The translations under genes and the position numbers were made by a program. Of a stretch of DNA of 64,000 nucleotides, positions 29,361 to 61,841 are shown in pieces (position 1 is the stretch's first letter; the number at the start of each line of letters is the position of its first letter). Source of the stretch: the human T2T-CHM13v2.0 reference genome, Homo sapiens; NCBI RefSeq assembly GCF_009914755.1, contig NC_060933.1; one strand, written 5' to 3'. A model generated the notes under the pieces. The model was not told the origin of the DNA and made no database searches. It was given only the letters and a program-made list of their open reading frames with translations.

Positions 29361-31128
29361 ATGTAAAGGCCTTTATTAAATAGCTTCAGGGAGCTGGGAC
29401 AAAGAGAAAAAAACTTTACATCAAATACTAAACACAGTCACCCCAAATTTCATGATATTCCAAATAGAGAAACTGCCTCCATGTTTTCACCTCCAAAGAA
29501 CAGAGGACAGTTTTATTTTCTCCTAAATGGAGCAGTTGGAAGTAGAACTCAACTGCTGAGCAAACTGCCTAAAAAGGAGACTATTTCAGTAATTTTTCTT
29601 TTTCATATTAGCAACAAAATGGGAGGGGCATGGTCTAAGGCAGGCCAAATTGTGTTTATTCTTCCATTTTTTTCTACATTTCAATTTATTCTTTTCTGAG
29701 TTTTACACCAATTATCTTGTTAGAGATGCATATTTGTTTTAGTCCTAAGAAATACTTGACTGCCTTGACAGAGCTGTTTGTCAAGCAGATTAAGCTTCTC
29801 CAAAGATACGAAAACTAATGGAAAAAAAGTTTAAACTTACATTCAGAACTCTTAGTCCTTAAGCAGTGGTGTGCTGATAAATGTTTAACAAATGGCTGGG
29901 GTAGGGAAGGGGGTGCATTTGTAGCTTGTATCATTTGCCAATTTCCATGCTGTAAATATTCCACCATATTCAATTTCAAGATATCAATATGATACGACAT
30001 TACTCAGTATGAACCTGGGAAAAGATGCACACAATCAACGCTCTAAAGCAAGTAAGAGCTATGGCCAATGCATTACTGTGATCTTAAATCACAGATTACT
30101 ACTCAGCATATAGTATTCCCAATTGTAGTCATGTATACTGTTTAAAGTACACTTTTAAAATTTACGTGGTGTTCAAAAATTCCCCCTTGTGCTCATTATT
30201 TCTCAAAAGGGCAAAATCGAGAATATTTTTAAAATCACAAAAAAGGCAAAATGAACATTTAGAGTCTTCCAGGGCCCCAGACACATCCATACATTTTTAA
30301 GAGGGAGGAAAAAGCCTAATTGTTTCTTCCTAGAAATATTTAAATAGTTTATTTTATTTAAGGGTCTAGGGTCTAGGATTATTTTAGTTTTCTAACATAA
30401 CATGTAACTGCCTTATGGAGAGTATTTAAGATAAGAGATGCTTGCAAACAGTCCCCCTTTTAAGAATTTTGTGATATATATTATGTGGTACATAAAGCAC
30501 ATCATATATATAATTTAGATATATATTAAGATATGCATAAATATACAATTGTATCCAAGGTCAAGGAATAGAACCAGCAGCCCAAAAGATTACCCTGGTG
30601 TGTCTCTTCCTATCATAATCCTCTCCCAGCCCCTAGAGATAAACAATAAAATGATTTTCATGATAATCATGTATTTGATTTTGTATGTTATCATCTGTAA
30701 AATATCAATATGTAATTAATTTTGCCTATTTTCAAATTTCATATGTCTAAAATCGTACTATTTGTATTCTTTCTTTCTTCTTTCACATAGTATTGTTTGA
30801 GATCCATCCATATTGTTACTATATAGGGGAGGCTTGTTAATCTATTTCAGATGGATTTCTTTTCCCCAGTTTTTTACTATAACAAATGATGCTTCTATGA
30901 ATATGTACGTAAGATTCTTCAGGGTACACATACGTAAGGGTGGAATTGCTGGGTTATGAGATCCATGAATCTTCAGCTTTGCAAGGTAATGCCAAAATAT
31001 GTTCCAAAATGGTTGTAACAATTTACACTACCGCCAGTTCTGTAAGAGAATTTTGGTTGGTCCCAAATTTCACCAATCCTGGTTATTATCAGACTTTTAA
31101 ATTTTTGCCATGTTGGTAGAGGAATTCT

Positions 31129-33560
<2,432 letters not shown>

Positions 33561-33721
33561 ACTACATTCCTTTGCAATGTTCATACAACCTCATGGGAGA
33601 GGCCAGACATATATAAGCAATGATGACAATTTCATTACCTTTGCGTTTTTCTTTTTTCAAAGACTGTCATGAAGTGGAATTTTTCATATAAGGCTGGTTT
33701 TGGAGGCCAAGACCAGCATTT

Positions 33722-36906
<3,185 letters not shown>

Positions 36907-37109
36907 TAACCACTCCCACCTTCTACTTCCCCCAAGCATAAGCTATTTGAGGGTATCAGCCATATTTCATCTTGCATGTCCTGCAGGGTTTAGTGTGCAG
37001 AAAGTGCTGAGAAAATTTTCACTGAACTGAAAGGACCCAACTGATTGGCTGTGCTGTAAGCAAAAATACTTTCATTTCATGTTTCTGAAACTTAACAAAT
37101 CAAACATAT

Positions 37110-37384
37110 TAGTGGAAGAGTAAATTAATTTTATTGACTGATGAAAAACTAAAGTGATAAGAAGTATGGATAGTAGACAACCACTGAATTCTGCTGGAAT
37201 TCTCTATTTCTTCTTTTTCACTTTAAGCCAAAAGAAATAAAATTATAGACCATTAGGGAGCTAGTTGCTTTTAGTTCCTTCAACAAAAACTGCATAGTTT
37301 AGCAGTTGCACAGCATTAAATATATACAACTTTGCAAAATCCTGGAAGTTTTAAACTTTGTGTTGACTTCAAAGGCTAATGTAA
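37110..37384 (-). terminator. GKAP1: GKAP1 3'UTR with polyadenylation signal
   Basis: AATAAA on the minus strand at 37130-37135, followed by a GU/U-rich tract (aatatgtttgatttgtt); the cleavage position is estimated. Confidence 0.8.
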
Positions 37385-37432
37385 TCACCTACACTGGTCG
37401 GATTCAGAGTTTCTTTTCCCTTTTCTGCCACC
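37385..37432 (-). CDS. GKAP1: GKAP1 last coding exon (GGRKGKRNSESDQCR*)
   Basis: Poly-T acceptor ttttacag|GGT; stop TGA at 37385-37387; matches the recalled GKAP1 C-terminus. Confidence 0.94.
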   Translation of the reverse strand, partial: GGRKGKRNSESDQCR

Positions 37433-39015
37433 CTGTAAAAAAAAAAAAAAATAGGGAAAATTATTTACAACATACCATTTTGGGACCACTTCATTTAAAA
37501 AATATAGACCAAAGGCATCTTGGGGTATGAGAAGGAAGCAATTTCTTTTTTGATTTTGTTGTAAATTTGAGTCTACATACTGCTACATTATTTTAATATG
37601 GTTATTTTTTATAAATGGTTAAGGTTGGTTTTAGAAAAGTTACTTCTATTTGAATAAGAGTCTTGCCTTAGTAAGCTCACCGATATCTTATTTTTTTAGA
37701 ACTCATTTTGACTGTTCTAGAATTAAAAATAAAGTTTTTGATCAATACTAAAATAAACAGTACACTTAAATTTGTTCCATATGATCAGCAAATTTAGTAA
37801 TTCAGTTCATTACCTTTTGGGTAATTCAATTTATAATTCAAGTTCTGTTGCGTTTTGCTCACATTAGCATTAGAAATTTGATTTTGTTCATTAGTGGATT
37901 GAAAACTAGGTTATGCTTTTCATATTGCTTAGTTGCATATATAAATTTGTATTTAATTTGCTCCATATGAAACATCATTTGTGGTATTTGACTTGAGCCA
38001 AAGCAAAGGAAAGGCAGCATAAAGGACAAGAAGGGTTTTACATAAATATTTTAACATAACATAACATAACATAACATTTTCTGTTTTATTCTGATTTAAA
38101 AAACATTCATTATAGAAATATGGAAAGTACAAACATGCAAAGAATAAAATTAAAATCATCAATAGCTACTCTACCCCCTTCAATTTAACCATAAATAATG
38201 GTTTAATGTATTTACTTTATAATAGTTGTATGTATAGTTTTTCCCATTTTTATAAAACTATGGCAATGGTGTCCAAACTTAGTTGATCATCAGAATTACC
38301 TAAGCAGTAATATTTTTAGAATTCTGACATCTAGGCTTTGTCCCACACCTATTTAATTGGCTAACAATCTTTAATTCAAAGTTTCCAAGTGATTCCAATG
38401 ATCAGCCAAGTTTGGGAACTACCTTTTCTGTGGAAGTGCATCTCTTAAAGAGAGGTGGTTGTATCAGGGGCATATGGAGCTCAGACTCATTTGATAATGA
38501 TGGCAGTTTCTCTTTGTTTCTTTCATTCTTTTTCTGACTATAATAACCATTTCAACATCAACATTATAAAACAAAATGAAACAATACTCGCACATAAGAA
38601 TGCTGTCATTCACTCCTGACCATATAAAAATTTTGCCAATATTTATTCAGAGAAAAACAGTATGAATAGGTTTTTTGGAACAGGAGATGTGTAATGACAT
38701 GTATTAAAAACAAGATTTATTTCCAGTTAGCAGAAAAATAAAAATAAACTTAGCAAAAATATTTTTTGAAATAGATACCCACCCACTATACATAAAACTC
38801 CTACCATGCTTCTCGATGAGATTTCTTAAAAATCCAAAACAACAAACACACAAGAATCTTTTCAAGGTATCCCAGGTAAAGGGAATTCTCTTTCTAGGAC
38901 TGATTCAATTTTAAAGCCACGGCTAATCAACTGCTATGTTCTCCACACCATGAGTGGCTTTTGAGATTTTTTGGCTATGATTCCAGTTAATGTATTTTAT
39001 ATTATGATTTAGAAA

Positions 39016-39072
39016 CACATATATATACACACACATAAATATATCTCACACACACACACACACACACACACA
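39016..39072. repeat. (CA)n/(TA)n compound microsatellite in the GKAP1 last intron
   Basis: acacatatatatacacac...cacacacaca. Confidence 0.9.
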
Positions 39073-39613
39073 AAAGCACTGGTATTTTTAATTGCTTCAT
39101 CCTGGAACAAACTGCTCAATGCTAGCTTGTAAATGCAGAAGAAATGATAGAGTTAGAAAATCACTATTTTGCAATCACAAAAAAAGGCACAAATATCAAT
39201 GGATGCTAAAGCCACTAGATGAAAAGGGTATTCATACAATCTCAAAGTATCACCTCACATATTAATTATAAAAGGGAAAATATATATTTACAATGGAGAT
39301 ATCTAGGAGATATCACTGTATCCAAGTGATCAACCTTATAAACAGGACAATTGTCCTTTTGTGCCTTTCCCCAATATGATTCAATGGCATGTATGCTGTA
39401 TCATCTATGTAGTACCAAGAATTTTCCTGAATTATGCTAGTTATTGCTGTATATACCAATGTCTAGAATAACATCTTCTACATTGTAAATTATATGACCG
39501 ATAATAAAATTATCAATATATTTAGTGAATAAATTTTGGCCTAAGAATAAAATACTGCATTTATTCTCACACAGTATCTACTCCAAATGTATTATTTGTG
39601 ATAAAAACACTTA

Positions 39614-39709
<96 letters not shown>

Positions 39710-40208
39710 CTATAACCAAATATTCAATAAGAAAAAGAATTTTTGGGGTTTTTGGCAAATACTCAATTCTTAACATATTCACAATGATAGGTTTTTGACA
39801 GCTAAATGGATGAGTAACAGAGAAGCTCCCCCCATAATTTCCATTTGGTATTGTACACAGCTCTATGTTAAAGATGGGGCAAACTGTCCTGAGAGAAGAA
39901 GACAATAAGGATGTGAAGGGGAGAAAAATCAAGCCCAGATACAGGGTAAGTTCTATTGGCCCTTTCTGTCTCTAAATTCATGGTTCATTAAAATACAGCC
40001 TTATCATCCCCTATTCTTCAGGGGGAAGGACATACCTACCTCTTTTAGTGCTGTAAACAGAATCTTCATTCATGGGCTATTACATAATAATAAAGTATAA
40101 TTTATACTACATCCTTACAGTGTTGATGAGCTGTATTTGTTAAGTTTAATAATTCAAGACTAAAGACAGCTTAAGAAAACCAGTCATGTATGCTCCACAG
40201 TTCCTTAC

Positions 40209-40279
40209 CTGAATAGTGAGCTCATTCTTGATACTTTGTGATTCATCAACTTGCAGAAGTATTTCTGCCTTATCTTTCA
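40209..40279 (-). CDS. GKAP1: GKAP1 internal exon ([M][23 protein letters not shown])
   Basis: 71 nt, acceptor ttttgtcag|TG, donor CAG|gtaagg, phase 1/0; completes the ATG codon begun by the previous exon. Confidence 0.94.
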
Positions 40280-40552
40280 CTGACAAAAAAGGAAAAACAG
40301 CAGTATAGATTTTCCAGTCACCCAAATACTTCAACAATACTTCAGGGAACTAAGACATAGCAGTGCAATTAGAACAATGATTTCTTGTCATACTTAAAGA
40401 ATCTACTTCTTGACCTTGCATAGCTCTTACTTTTCACTGGTAAATTCTTTTTTGTTTGTTTGTTTTACATTTTCACCAGTAAATTCTGATCATCATCAGC
40501 ACAGCATTTTTTTCTTAGAAATTTTACATTTTCTGTGGTGTTAAAATATTTA

Positions 40553-41290
<738 letters not shown>

Positions 41291-41894
41291 CAATGCAGAG
41301 TGCTTTTTTTGTTGAATTGTTGGGGGTGGTGAGCATACCATAATGCCAACAAAATTATATTTCTCTGAATAAATTTTCATACCAATAAGGCAATGTCAAC
41401 TAAATGTAGCTCATATGATCACAAATGATCATATGACATGTGTGGTCTCTTAGAACTATTCATTTTTTTCTAGAGGCTTCTCTCTCTTGGGAGAAGCGAG
41501 GTATCTATACTTTGGCCCTATGTTTCCTAAGCTTCAGAAATTTTCACATGGCTGAGAACTTCCTTAACTCATGGTAACGGCTAATGTATGAAAAACTAAC
41601 TCCTCACTTTGAAAACAAACTAGGAGAGACTAGAGAGGTAAAATTGTAATAAAATTAGCAAAGGAGGAAAATGACTACTGATATCACCACAGCTCTGCCA
41701 ATGTAAGATTGTAGTTCAAATTCATTTTCATAGTTTAATATGATAAGATGAAACACCCTATCAAGAATCAATTCAGTCTCTCAAGAATCAACCTGGGAAC
41801 TTTTACAAATTATGCTTTCTACTCCTCCATCCCCAGGATTATAAACACTTGCTGAAAACTAGTGATTTTAAAGAGTTATGTAATATTTCAATTA

Positions 41895-43076
<1,182 letters not shown>

Positions 43077-43440
43077 CATATTTACATTTACATTATAAGT
43101 GTTACAAGTATTTTCATGTAATGATCCTATATAAAATTCTACTTGGATTACTTATGCTATGGACACTGTTGTTACTGATAGCGATTTTTAATCTATTTTT
43201 GAGAGCAAGCTTTTATCAGTTAACTTTCTCAATTTCCACAGTGTTTTATGGGGAGGAAATATTATTTTATTTTTACATATTTAGAATTTATACATCCAAT
43301 ACGCAATGATACTCTTCATTTCTGCACTTAGAAATATATCTTCTAAATAACTTAATTTTTTATTTTCATAACTTTGTTCATTAAAAGACCCACATGGAGA
43401 TCAATAACATGCACAGGTCTAAATTAATCTCAGGATGTAG

Positions 43441-43814
<374 letters not shown>

Positions 43815-43952
43815 TAAAAAATATAAGGTTGAACCTACTTCAAGAGTATTCATGTTCTGTTCAACTGGACATGATTTCTGATTTTTACTCATTGTTTGAC
43901 AACTATTTTGTAATGTAGTTTAAATTTTGTTTGGACAGTTATATTCCAAGTA

Positions 43953-44598
<646 letters not shown>

Positions 44599-45319
44599 AT
44601 CTTCACATCTGAAAACCATTTTTGGTATTTTGTTTTTTCATTTTTCAAGGTGAATTTCACAATTTCTTAAGAGCTATACAATATTCACAGGAGCTATCTT
44701 TGGAGTTTCATTAGCATTTATTAACAGGAAAACTGTTGATTAATTTTGTCTATTCAGAGAAAGATTTTCTCCTTTATGTCTTAATCTGTGTTTCTTTTGT
44801 GGTTTATAATTTCCTTTGCCTAAGTCTCATACTAAAAAATTAACATATATTTCTTTTTCTATTATGAATGGAAAATTTTCATAAAACTTTCAAGATAAAT
44901 GTCACTAGGTATATACACAGTGAGAAATGCAACTGATTTGGCAGGCTTTTGTATATCAGCTTTACTAATCTTATCATCTGCAATCATTTTTTTCTATTGA
45001 TTTCCTTGGCTTCCTGCTGGTAACCTCTTGTCAAAAGTTTACAGAGTAGCAGCAAAAGTATGAAGAGCAGTGGGGAGGGGAGAAGGAAATAAGGAAACAA
45101 AAAGGAAAACCTAAAGTGATGACAGGCTGCCTCCTTCAATAACTGAAAAAGCAGAATCCTAAGCAAATGTTAGGCTTGTTTTCCCTCTAAATATAGTTCA
45201 GTAAGTTATAAGAATTGAAATTTTAAGAGTTTCTTTTACCTGAATAGTTATAAACTGGTATAAAACTAAGGTGCTGTAAGAGTGACCTGTAATAATAACT
45301 TTATCAGCAACTATCCAGC

Positions 45320-50777
<5,458 letters not shown>

Positions 50778-50895
50778 ATCATTCAGACTTTAAACCATTA
50801 AAGAGTTTAAGAACATAAAAAACAGAATGACTATTCCCATGAATTGCATATTAAACATATTTACATGTAAGAAAAACAGAAAACGTGAAAATTTA

Positions 50896-51078
<183 letters not shown>

Positions 51079-53475
51079 CTAATTCTGGTTTATAGTATTC
51101 CTTTGTGAAAAGTTTAAGAGGAAAAATTCTGACCTTAATTTTCTGAGGCCACCTTATGCTGTTGACTACATTTCTACTTTCACTCAATTATATAATCCTA
51201 ATACACAATGCAAGCAAGGAAGTATTTATAATTAACCCAAACATACTGACAAACAATATCAGGGCTTTCAAAGGATATTTCTATCCTGGAACAAACATAT
51301 TAAAAGTGCTCTGTGACAAGTTGTTGTTATTAGTCTATCTTAAAAATTCAAAAATTCAAAAAATGACTACAAATACAAAATTAATAAAAAATATGAAAAC
51401 TAAAATAAATAGCTTTTCACTATATTAGCAATTAACAGGTAGAAGACAGAACTAGAAAAATAATTTCCTCACAACAGCAAGAAAAGCTAACCAGAACAAT
51501 AAAACTAGGAAGTGATCAGGACCAACACTAAGAAATTTATAAAATCTCGAAAATGACACAGAACAAAGTATGTTTGTAAATAGGAAGGCTACAGGTTACT
51601 TTGTAAGTTCAATAACATTTCAATAGAAATCCCAATAGGATGTTGTTCTTTGGAACTTAAAAAGATAGTAAAGACTTCATCTGGAGAATTCAGGATAGAC
51701 GCAAACAAAAAGTTGATTTGATGAAGAAAGATTTGTCTATCAATTATATAAGGCAAAATAAATAAAATCATGGAACCTAGGTTGACAGAACAATGTACCA
51801 GAAAAGAAATCCAGAAAGAGACTTCAGATATAAGAATTTATTGTAATGTAAGGATGATACTTTTAAAAAGTGAGAAAATGCTGAATTACAGAATAATGGT
51901 AGGTTACAGGACAAGTGGCTAACTGGGAAAAATCAGGTTAAATCCCTGTCATCTTGCACCATATACCAAAATAAACAAATTTAGTGTAAACAAAAAATCA
52001 CCCCAAAGTCATACCTTTGATGAGAATATAAATGGTTCTATTTATCTAAGGAGTAATGTGGCAACATCAATGTAGTACTCTACAAATACTCACTGAGCAT
52101 CTAACTTCTAGGAGCTGGGTACACCATGGTGAACAGAATTGAAAAGATTCTGTGTTTCTTTTCTAGATTAGTAAAGCTCTCTAAAGTGGTGACACTTAAA
52201 TTGAACCTTGTGTGATGGGTAGGAACTGGCTAAGTAAAAAGGGGAAGTGAGAGCTTTCCAGGTAGAAAGAACAGTATGTTTGAAGGCCATGCAGGAAGGG
52301 CCTGGAGAATTTGAAGAAAAAAATAAACCAGTATGGTAAGATAGTGAGGGGGAAGATGGTACAAGATGACTTTGGAAAAGCCAGTAGAGAACTGATCCTG
52401 GAGGGCCTTGAAGGCCATAAGAACAGTCTGCACATTATTCTGAGTAAAACAGAAAGCAGTGAAGGATTTTGAACAGGACTGCTAGGTTAGATTTGACTGT
52501 GTGAGACTTATGTTTGCAAAGGATCCCTTTCCATGCTGTGTGGAAATGAAATGGAGTGAGGTAAGACAGGTAGAAAGATCCTTTAATTACTACTCTAACC
52601 CTGGGTCAAATAAGATTATGCTTTGGATTAGGGTGAAAGCAGTATAAATAGAGAGAAGTATATTTGAGAAATAATTTGGAGGTAGCATTTGATGAAAGGT
52701 TTAAAGAATGTGGCAGGTGAGGAAGATGAACACTACAATCTAAGTTTCTAGTTTAAGCAATGAGGTGAGTAGGTCAAAATTAGAAATATACTACTATTAA
52801 ATTCTGGAATCTCACTTCTAGGAATTTATCTCCAATAGATAAATGAGGTAGGGAAGTATCTATGAAAAGTGTTCATTGTAGATTTATCACAACAAAAAAC
52901 TGGACATCAGTTTAAATGCCAAACAATAGGATATAGGTTAAATATATAGTAAATTCAAAAACTGAAAACTAAGTCACTAAAAATGGTGATATAGAGCTAT
53001 AAAATAATATTTGCATGATTCCAAAGTTGTAATGTGTGCAAAGAAAAAATTCTGGAAGAACATACACCAAAACTTTAACTGTCGTGAACATGGGATTATC
53101 AAAGATTTTGCTTTATTGTTTACAATTTCCTTTTATCAAAATTATTTTATACTGAGTAAATAATCATGGAATAATACTGTTTTACTTTTGAATAAAAATA
53201 AAACCATATATGTATTTTTAGAAATCTTGATGAATATGATTATTATCTTTGAATAAGAAGCCCTTCTGAAATTGACATCAAAAAAAAGAGGAAAAATGGA
53301 AAAGATTGGTAGATGTGATTTGATGAAAGATCTCAAAAAAAAACCACTGTAACAAAATAAAAAGGTAAAGGAAAAACAAAATAAATTGCAACCAATATGA
53401 CAGACATATGACCAACAACATTAAAAAAAGTACAATCTCACTAGTAAGCAAATCCAGGTTTTATCAAACTGGTAC

Positions 53476-57120
<3,645 letters not shown>

Positions 57121-57764
57121 GTTATTAAAAAAAATTTATATGAATGTCATCAAATTATTATTTGGTGACTTATGTTTTTCATTAAATGCTATGCTCTTGA
57201 TATGCATCCATGTTGCTATGTATAACTACAACTTATTCACTTCTCTTATTCTTTTGCTATTACAAACAACTGAGTTTTGAACATTTTTTTTGGACATGTC
57301 TTCAGGGTTTAATCTAGGGGTAGAATTTCTAGAACATAAGGTCATGCCCATTATCTTCAACTTTAAAAGTGAATGCCAAATTGTTTTTCAAAATGGTTAT
57401 ACCAATTTACATTCCCACTAGTGGTATGTTAATGCTGTTCTATATCCTTCCTAATAATTAGTAGTCTTTACCTTCCTTCGGTTTTTTCCTAGGCACTGCA
57501 GTGAAATTAATATTACTGTAATAAACTTTGCTTTCTGCTCAAAAATCTTCAAAAAGTCTTTAACGTCTGCTGACTAAATTATAAACCAGCCTTTAAATTT
57601 GCCACAGTCTTTTCCAACTTAACTTTTCAAATTTATATTACATTCCTCTATAAACCTTCTATTTTAATTAAACTGGTTTATACTTCATTACCTCCATACT
57701 TTTACTCAAGGCATCCCAGTTTCTTCTTCTTCATCTCTGCATGTTCAAATTCTATTGTCTTTAT

Positions 57765-60700
57765 AGAACAGCTGAATGGATTAAAAAATAAGACCCAATG
57801 ATCTGTTGCCTACAAGAAACACATTTCACCCATGAAGACGTAAAAGAGATATTCCATGCCAAGGGAAACCAAAAAAGAGCAGGAGTAGCTATATTAATAT
57901 CAGACAAAATAGATTTCAAGACAAGAACTATAAGAAACAAAGAAGGTCACTATAAAATGATAAAGGAGTCAGTTCAGCAAGAAGATATAACAATTTTAAA
58001 TACATATGCACCCAACACTGGAGCACCCAGATACATAAAGCAAATATTATTAGAGCTAAAGAGAGAGATGGGCCCCAATACAATAATAGCTGGTGACTTC
58101 AACACTCCACTTTCAGCATTGGACAGATCTTCTAGTAAGAAAATCAACAAAGAAACACTGGACTTAATCTGCACTATAAACCAAATGGACCTAATAGATA
58201 TTGACAGAACTTTTCATCCGACAGCTGCAGAATACACATTCTTTTCTTCAGCACACAGATCATTCTCAAGGATAGACCCTGTGTTAGGTCACAAAACAAG
58301 TCCTAAAACATTAACAAAATTGAAGTAATATCAAGCATCTTTTCTGACCACAATGAAATAAAGCTACAAATCAAGGACAAAAGGAATTTTAGAAACTATA
58401 CAAATACATGGAAATTAAACAATATCCTCCTGAATGATCAGTGGGTCAATGAAGAAATTAAGAAGGAAACTGAAAAATTTCTTGAAACAAATGATAATGG
58501 AAATAACACACCAAAAGCTATGGAATACAATAAATGCAGTACTAAGAGGGAAAGTTATAGCTATAAGTGCCTACATCCAAAAAGAAGAAAAATTTCAAAT
58601 AAACAACCTAACAATTAATGTTAAAGAACTAGAAAAGCAAGAGCAAACCAAACACAAAATGAGAAGAAAGAAATAATAAACATCACAGCAGAAATAAATG
58701 AAACTAAAATGAAGAAAGCAATACAAAAGAAATAAATGAAATTGAAATGAAGAATCCAAAAGTTGATTTTTTGAAAAATTAAACTTGAAAAAAAACCTAA
58801 AAATTAAAAAATTAAAACAAAAAACATCAAAAAAAGAAAAATTAAAATTGACAAACCTTTAACCACATCAAGAAAAAGAGAAGATCCAAATAAAACACAG
58901 ATAAAAAAAGAGACATTATGACTAATACTACTGAAATTCAAAGGATCATTAGTGGCTACTATGAGCAACTATATGCCAATAAATTGGAAAATCTAGAGAA
59001 AATGGACAAATTCCTAGACACATACAACCTACCAAGATTGAACCATGAAGAAATCCAAAATCGAACAGACCAATAATAAGATTGAAGCCATAATAAAAAG
59101 TCTTCCAGTAAAGAAAAGCCCAGGATCCAATGGCTTCACTGCTGAATTCTACCAAACACTTAAGGAATTAATACCAATCCTACTCAAACTATTCTGACAA
59201 AAGAGGAGGAGGGAATATTTCCAAACTCCTTCTATGAGGCCAGTATTACCCTGATACCAAAACCGGACAAAGAAACATCGAAAAAAGAAAACTAGGGGCC
59301 AATATCTCTGATGAATATTGATGCAAAAAATCCACAAAAAATACTGAATTCAACAACACATTAAAAAGATCATTCATTATGACCAAGTGGGATTTATCCC
59401 AGGAATGCAAGGCTGGTTCAACATATGCAAATCAATCAATGTGATACATCATATCAACAGAATGAAGGACAAAAACCACATGATCATTTCAATTGATGCT
59501 GAAAAAGCATTTGATAAAATTCAACATCGCTTCATGATAAAAACCTTCAAAAAACTGGGTATAGAAGGAATATACCTCAACATAATAAAAGCCATACACA
59601 AGAAACCCACAGCAAGTAATATACTGGATGGGGAAAAACTGAAAGCCTTTCCTCTAAGATCTGGAACAAGACAAGGATGCCCACTTTCACCCTGTTATTC
59701 AACGTAGTACTGGAAGTCCTAGCTAGAGTAATCAGACAAGAGAAAGAAATAAAGGGCATCTAAATTGGAAAGGAAGAAGTCAAATTATCCTTGTCTGCAG
59801 ATGGTATCACTTTATATTTGGAAAAACCTAAAGGCTCCACAAAAAAACTATTAGAACCTGATAAATTCAGTAAAGTTGCAGGATACAAAATCAACCTTGA
59901 AAAATCAGTAGCATTTCTATAGGCCAACAGAGAACAACCTGAAAAAAAAATCAACAAAAGTAATCCCATTTACTCCCATTTACAATAGCCATAAATAAAA
60001 ATAAATACCTAGGAATTAACCAAACAAGATCTCCATAATGAAAACTATAAAACACTGATGAACAAAACTGAAGAAGAGATGACAAAATGGAAAGATATTC
60101 CATGTTCATGGGTTAGAAGAATGAATATTGTTAAAATGTCGATACCACCCAAAGCAATCTACAGATTCAATGCAATCCCTATTAAAATACCAATGACATT
60201 CTTCACAGAAATAGAAAAACAATCCTAAAATATATATGAAACCACAAAAGACACACTAGCCAAAGATATCTTAAGCAAAACGAAGAAAACTGAAGGAATC
60301 ATGTTACCTGACTTCAAATTATACTACAGAGCTATAGTAACCAAATAACAAGGTACTGGCATAAACACACACACATAGACCAATGGAACAGAACACAGAA
60401 CCCAGAAACAAATCCACGCACCTGAGGTGAACTCACTTTTGGCAAAGGTGTCAAGAACATACACTGGGGAAAAGACAGTCTCTTCGATAAATGGCACTGG
60501 GAAAACTGAATATCCATCTGCAGAAGAATGAAACTAGACACCTATCTCTTGCCATATACAAAAATCAAATAAAACTGGAGCTACCACATGATCCAACAAT
60601 CCTGCTGGGTATATACCCGAAAGAAAGGAAATCAGTATACTGAAGAGCTATCTGCACTCCCATGTTTATCACAGCACTGTTTCTAACAGCCAAGATTTGG

Positions 60701-61245
60701 AAGCAACCTAAGTGTACATCAACAGATGAATAAATAAAGAAAATGTGGTATTTATACACGATGGAGTACTCTTCATCCATAAAAAAAGATCTTGTTATTT
60801 GCAACAACATGGGTGGAACTGGAGGTCATATGCTAAGTGAAATAAGCCAGGCACAGAAAGGCAAACATCACATGTTCTCACTTATTTGTGAGATCTAAAA
60901 TTCAAAACAACTGAACTAATGGAGTTACAAAGTAGAAGGATGGTTACTAGAGGCTGGGAAACGCAGTGAGGGAGTGGGCAGGTGGTTAGGATAGTTAATT
61001 GGTACAAAAAAGTTAGAAAGAATGAATAAGACCTAGTATTTGATAGCACAACAGGGTGACTATTAGTCAATAATTTAATTGTACATTTAAAAATAACTAA
61101 AATAGTATCATTGGATTGTTTGTAACACAAAGGATAAATGCTTACAAGATGTGATTATGTAAGCATTGCATGCCTGTATCAAAACATCTCTTGGAACCCA
61201 TAAATATATACACCTACTATGTAGCCACAAAAATTAAAATTTCTT
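57765..61245 (+). mobile_element. L1MA-type element, from the ORF2 endonuclease to the 3'UTR, with an internal deletion near 60575; antisense to GKAP1
   Basis: ICCLQETH...YAPNTGAP...GDFNTPLS (EN); [12 protein letters not shown]...[13 protein letters not shown]...[10 protein letters not shown] (RT); L1MA-type 3' end; many stops and frameshifts. Confidence 0.93.
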
Positions 61246-61841
61246 TAAAAAGAGCAAAGAAAACCCAAATTCTACTCTAAGTTCCTAATTCAAATGCTAT
61301 TTTCTCCTCACAAAGCCATCTCTGATCCCCTTTCCTGTGAATTACTATAGCATTTTAACAGTGTATCTTTTCTGGGGCTCACCATTTTTTGCTTGTACAA
61401 AAATAATTATCTATTGAGTGCATACTGTGGAAAACATGTTCTGCTAAACATTTTAAATAATAATCTATAACTTTCCTAATAGTGTAAGAAAGGCAGGTAA
61501 TTTCATCCCAATGTAATAATCGATAAAACTGTTTGATTTCAAAGTCTGTTCTCTTTCCACTATGTCAAACTATCACTTCGGTTTAAATCATACTGCTACT
61601 TAATTATTTAAACTTGTTAATATAAAGTTATATACCCAACTTTGTTCTATAAAGGCCTTGAGGAACCTAAGTATGTCCTGAAATATACAAATATCATTCC
61701 TTCTATCCAAAAATGATCTCAGGTGGCTTTAAAAAAGATACTACAAAGGGGAAAATCATAATGAAAAAGGAAAATCATAATCAATGAAAAAGGAAGAAGT
61801 GAATATGCTAACCATAAATGTTAATTAACATGGTTGCTTGG

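Noticed and set aside
57798-58328. 176-aa ORF as a novel endonuclease gene
   Set aside because: It is an L1 ORF2 EN fragment with an internal deletion, missing both ends, inside a decayed L1.
58690-58850. Repeated agaaataaatgaaa..aaatgaaga and A-rich run
   Set aside because: A small slippage duplication within the L1 A-rich ORF2 region.
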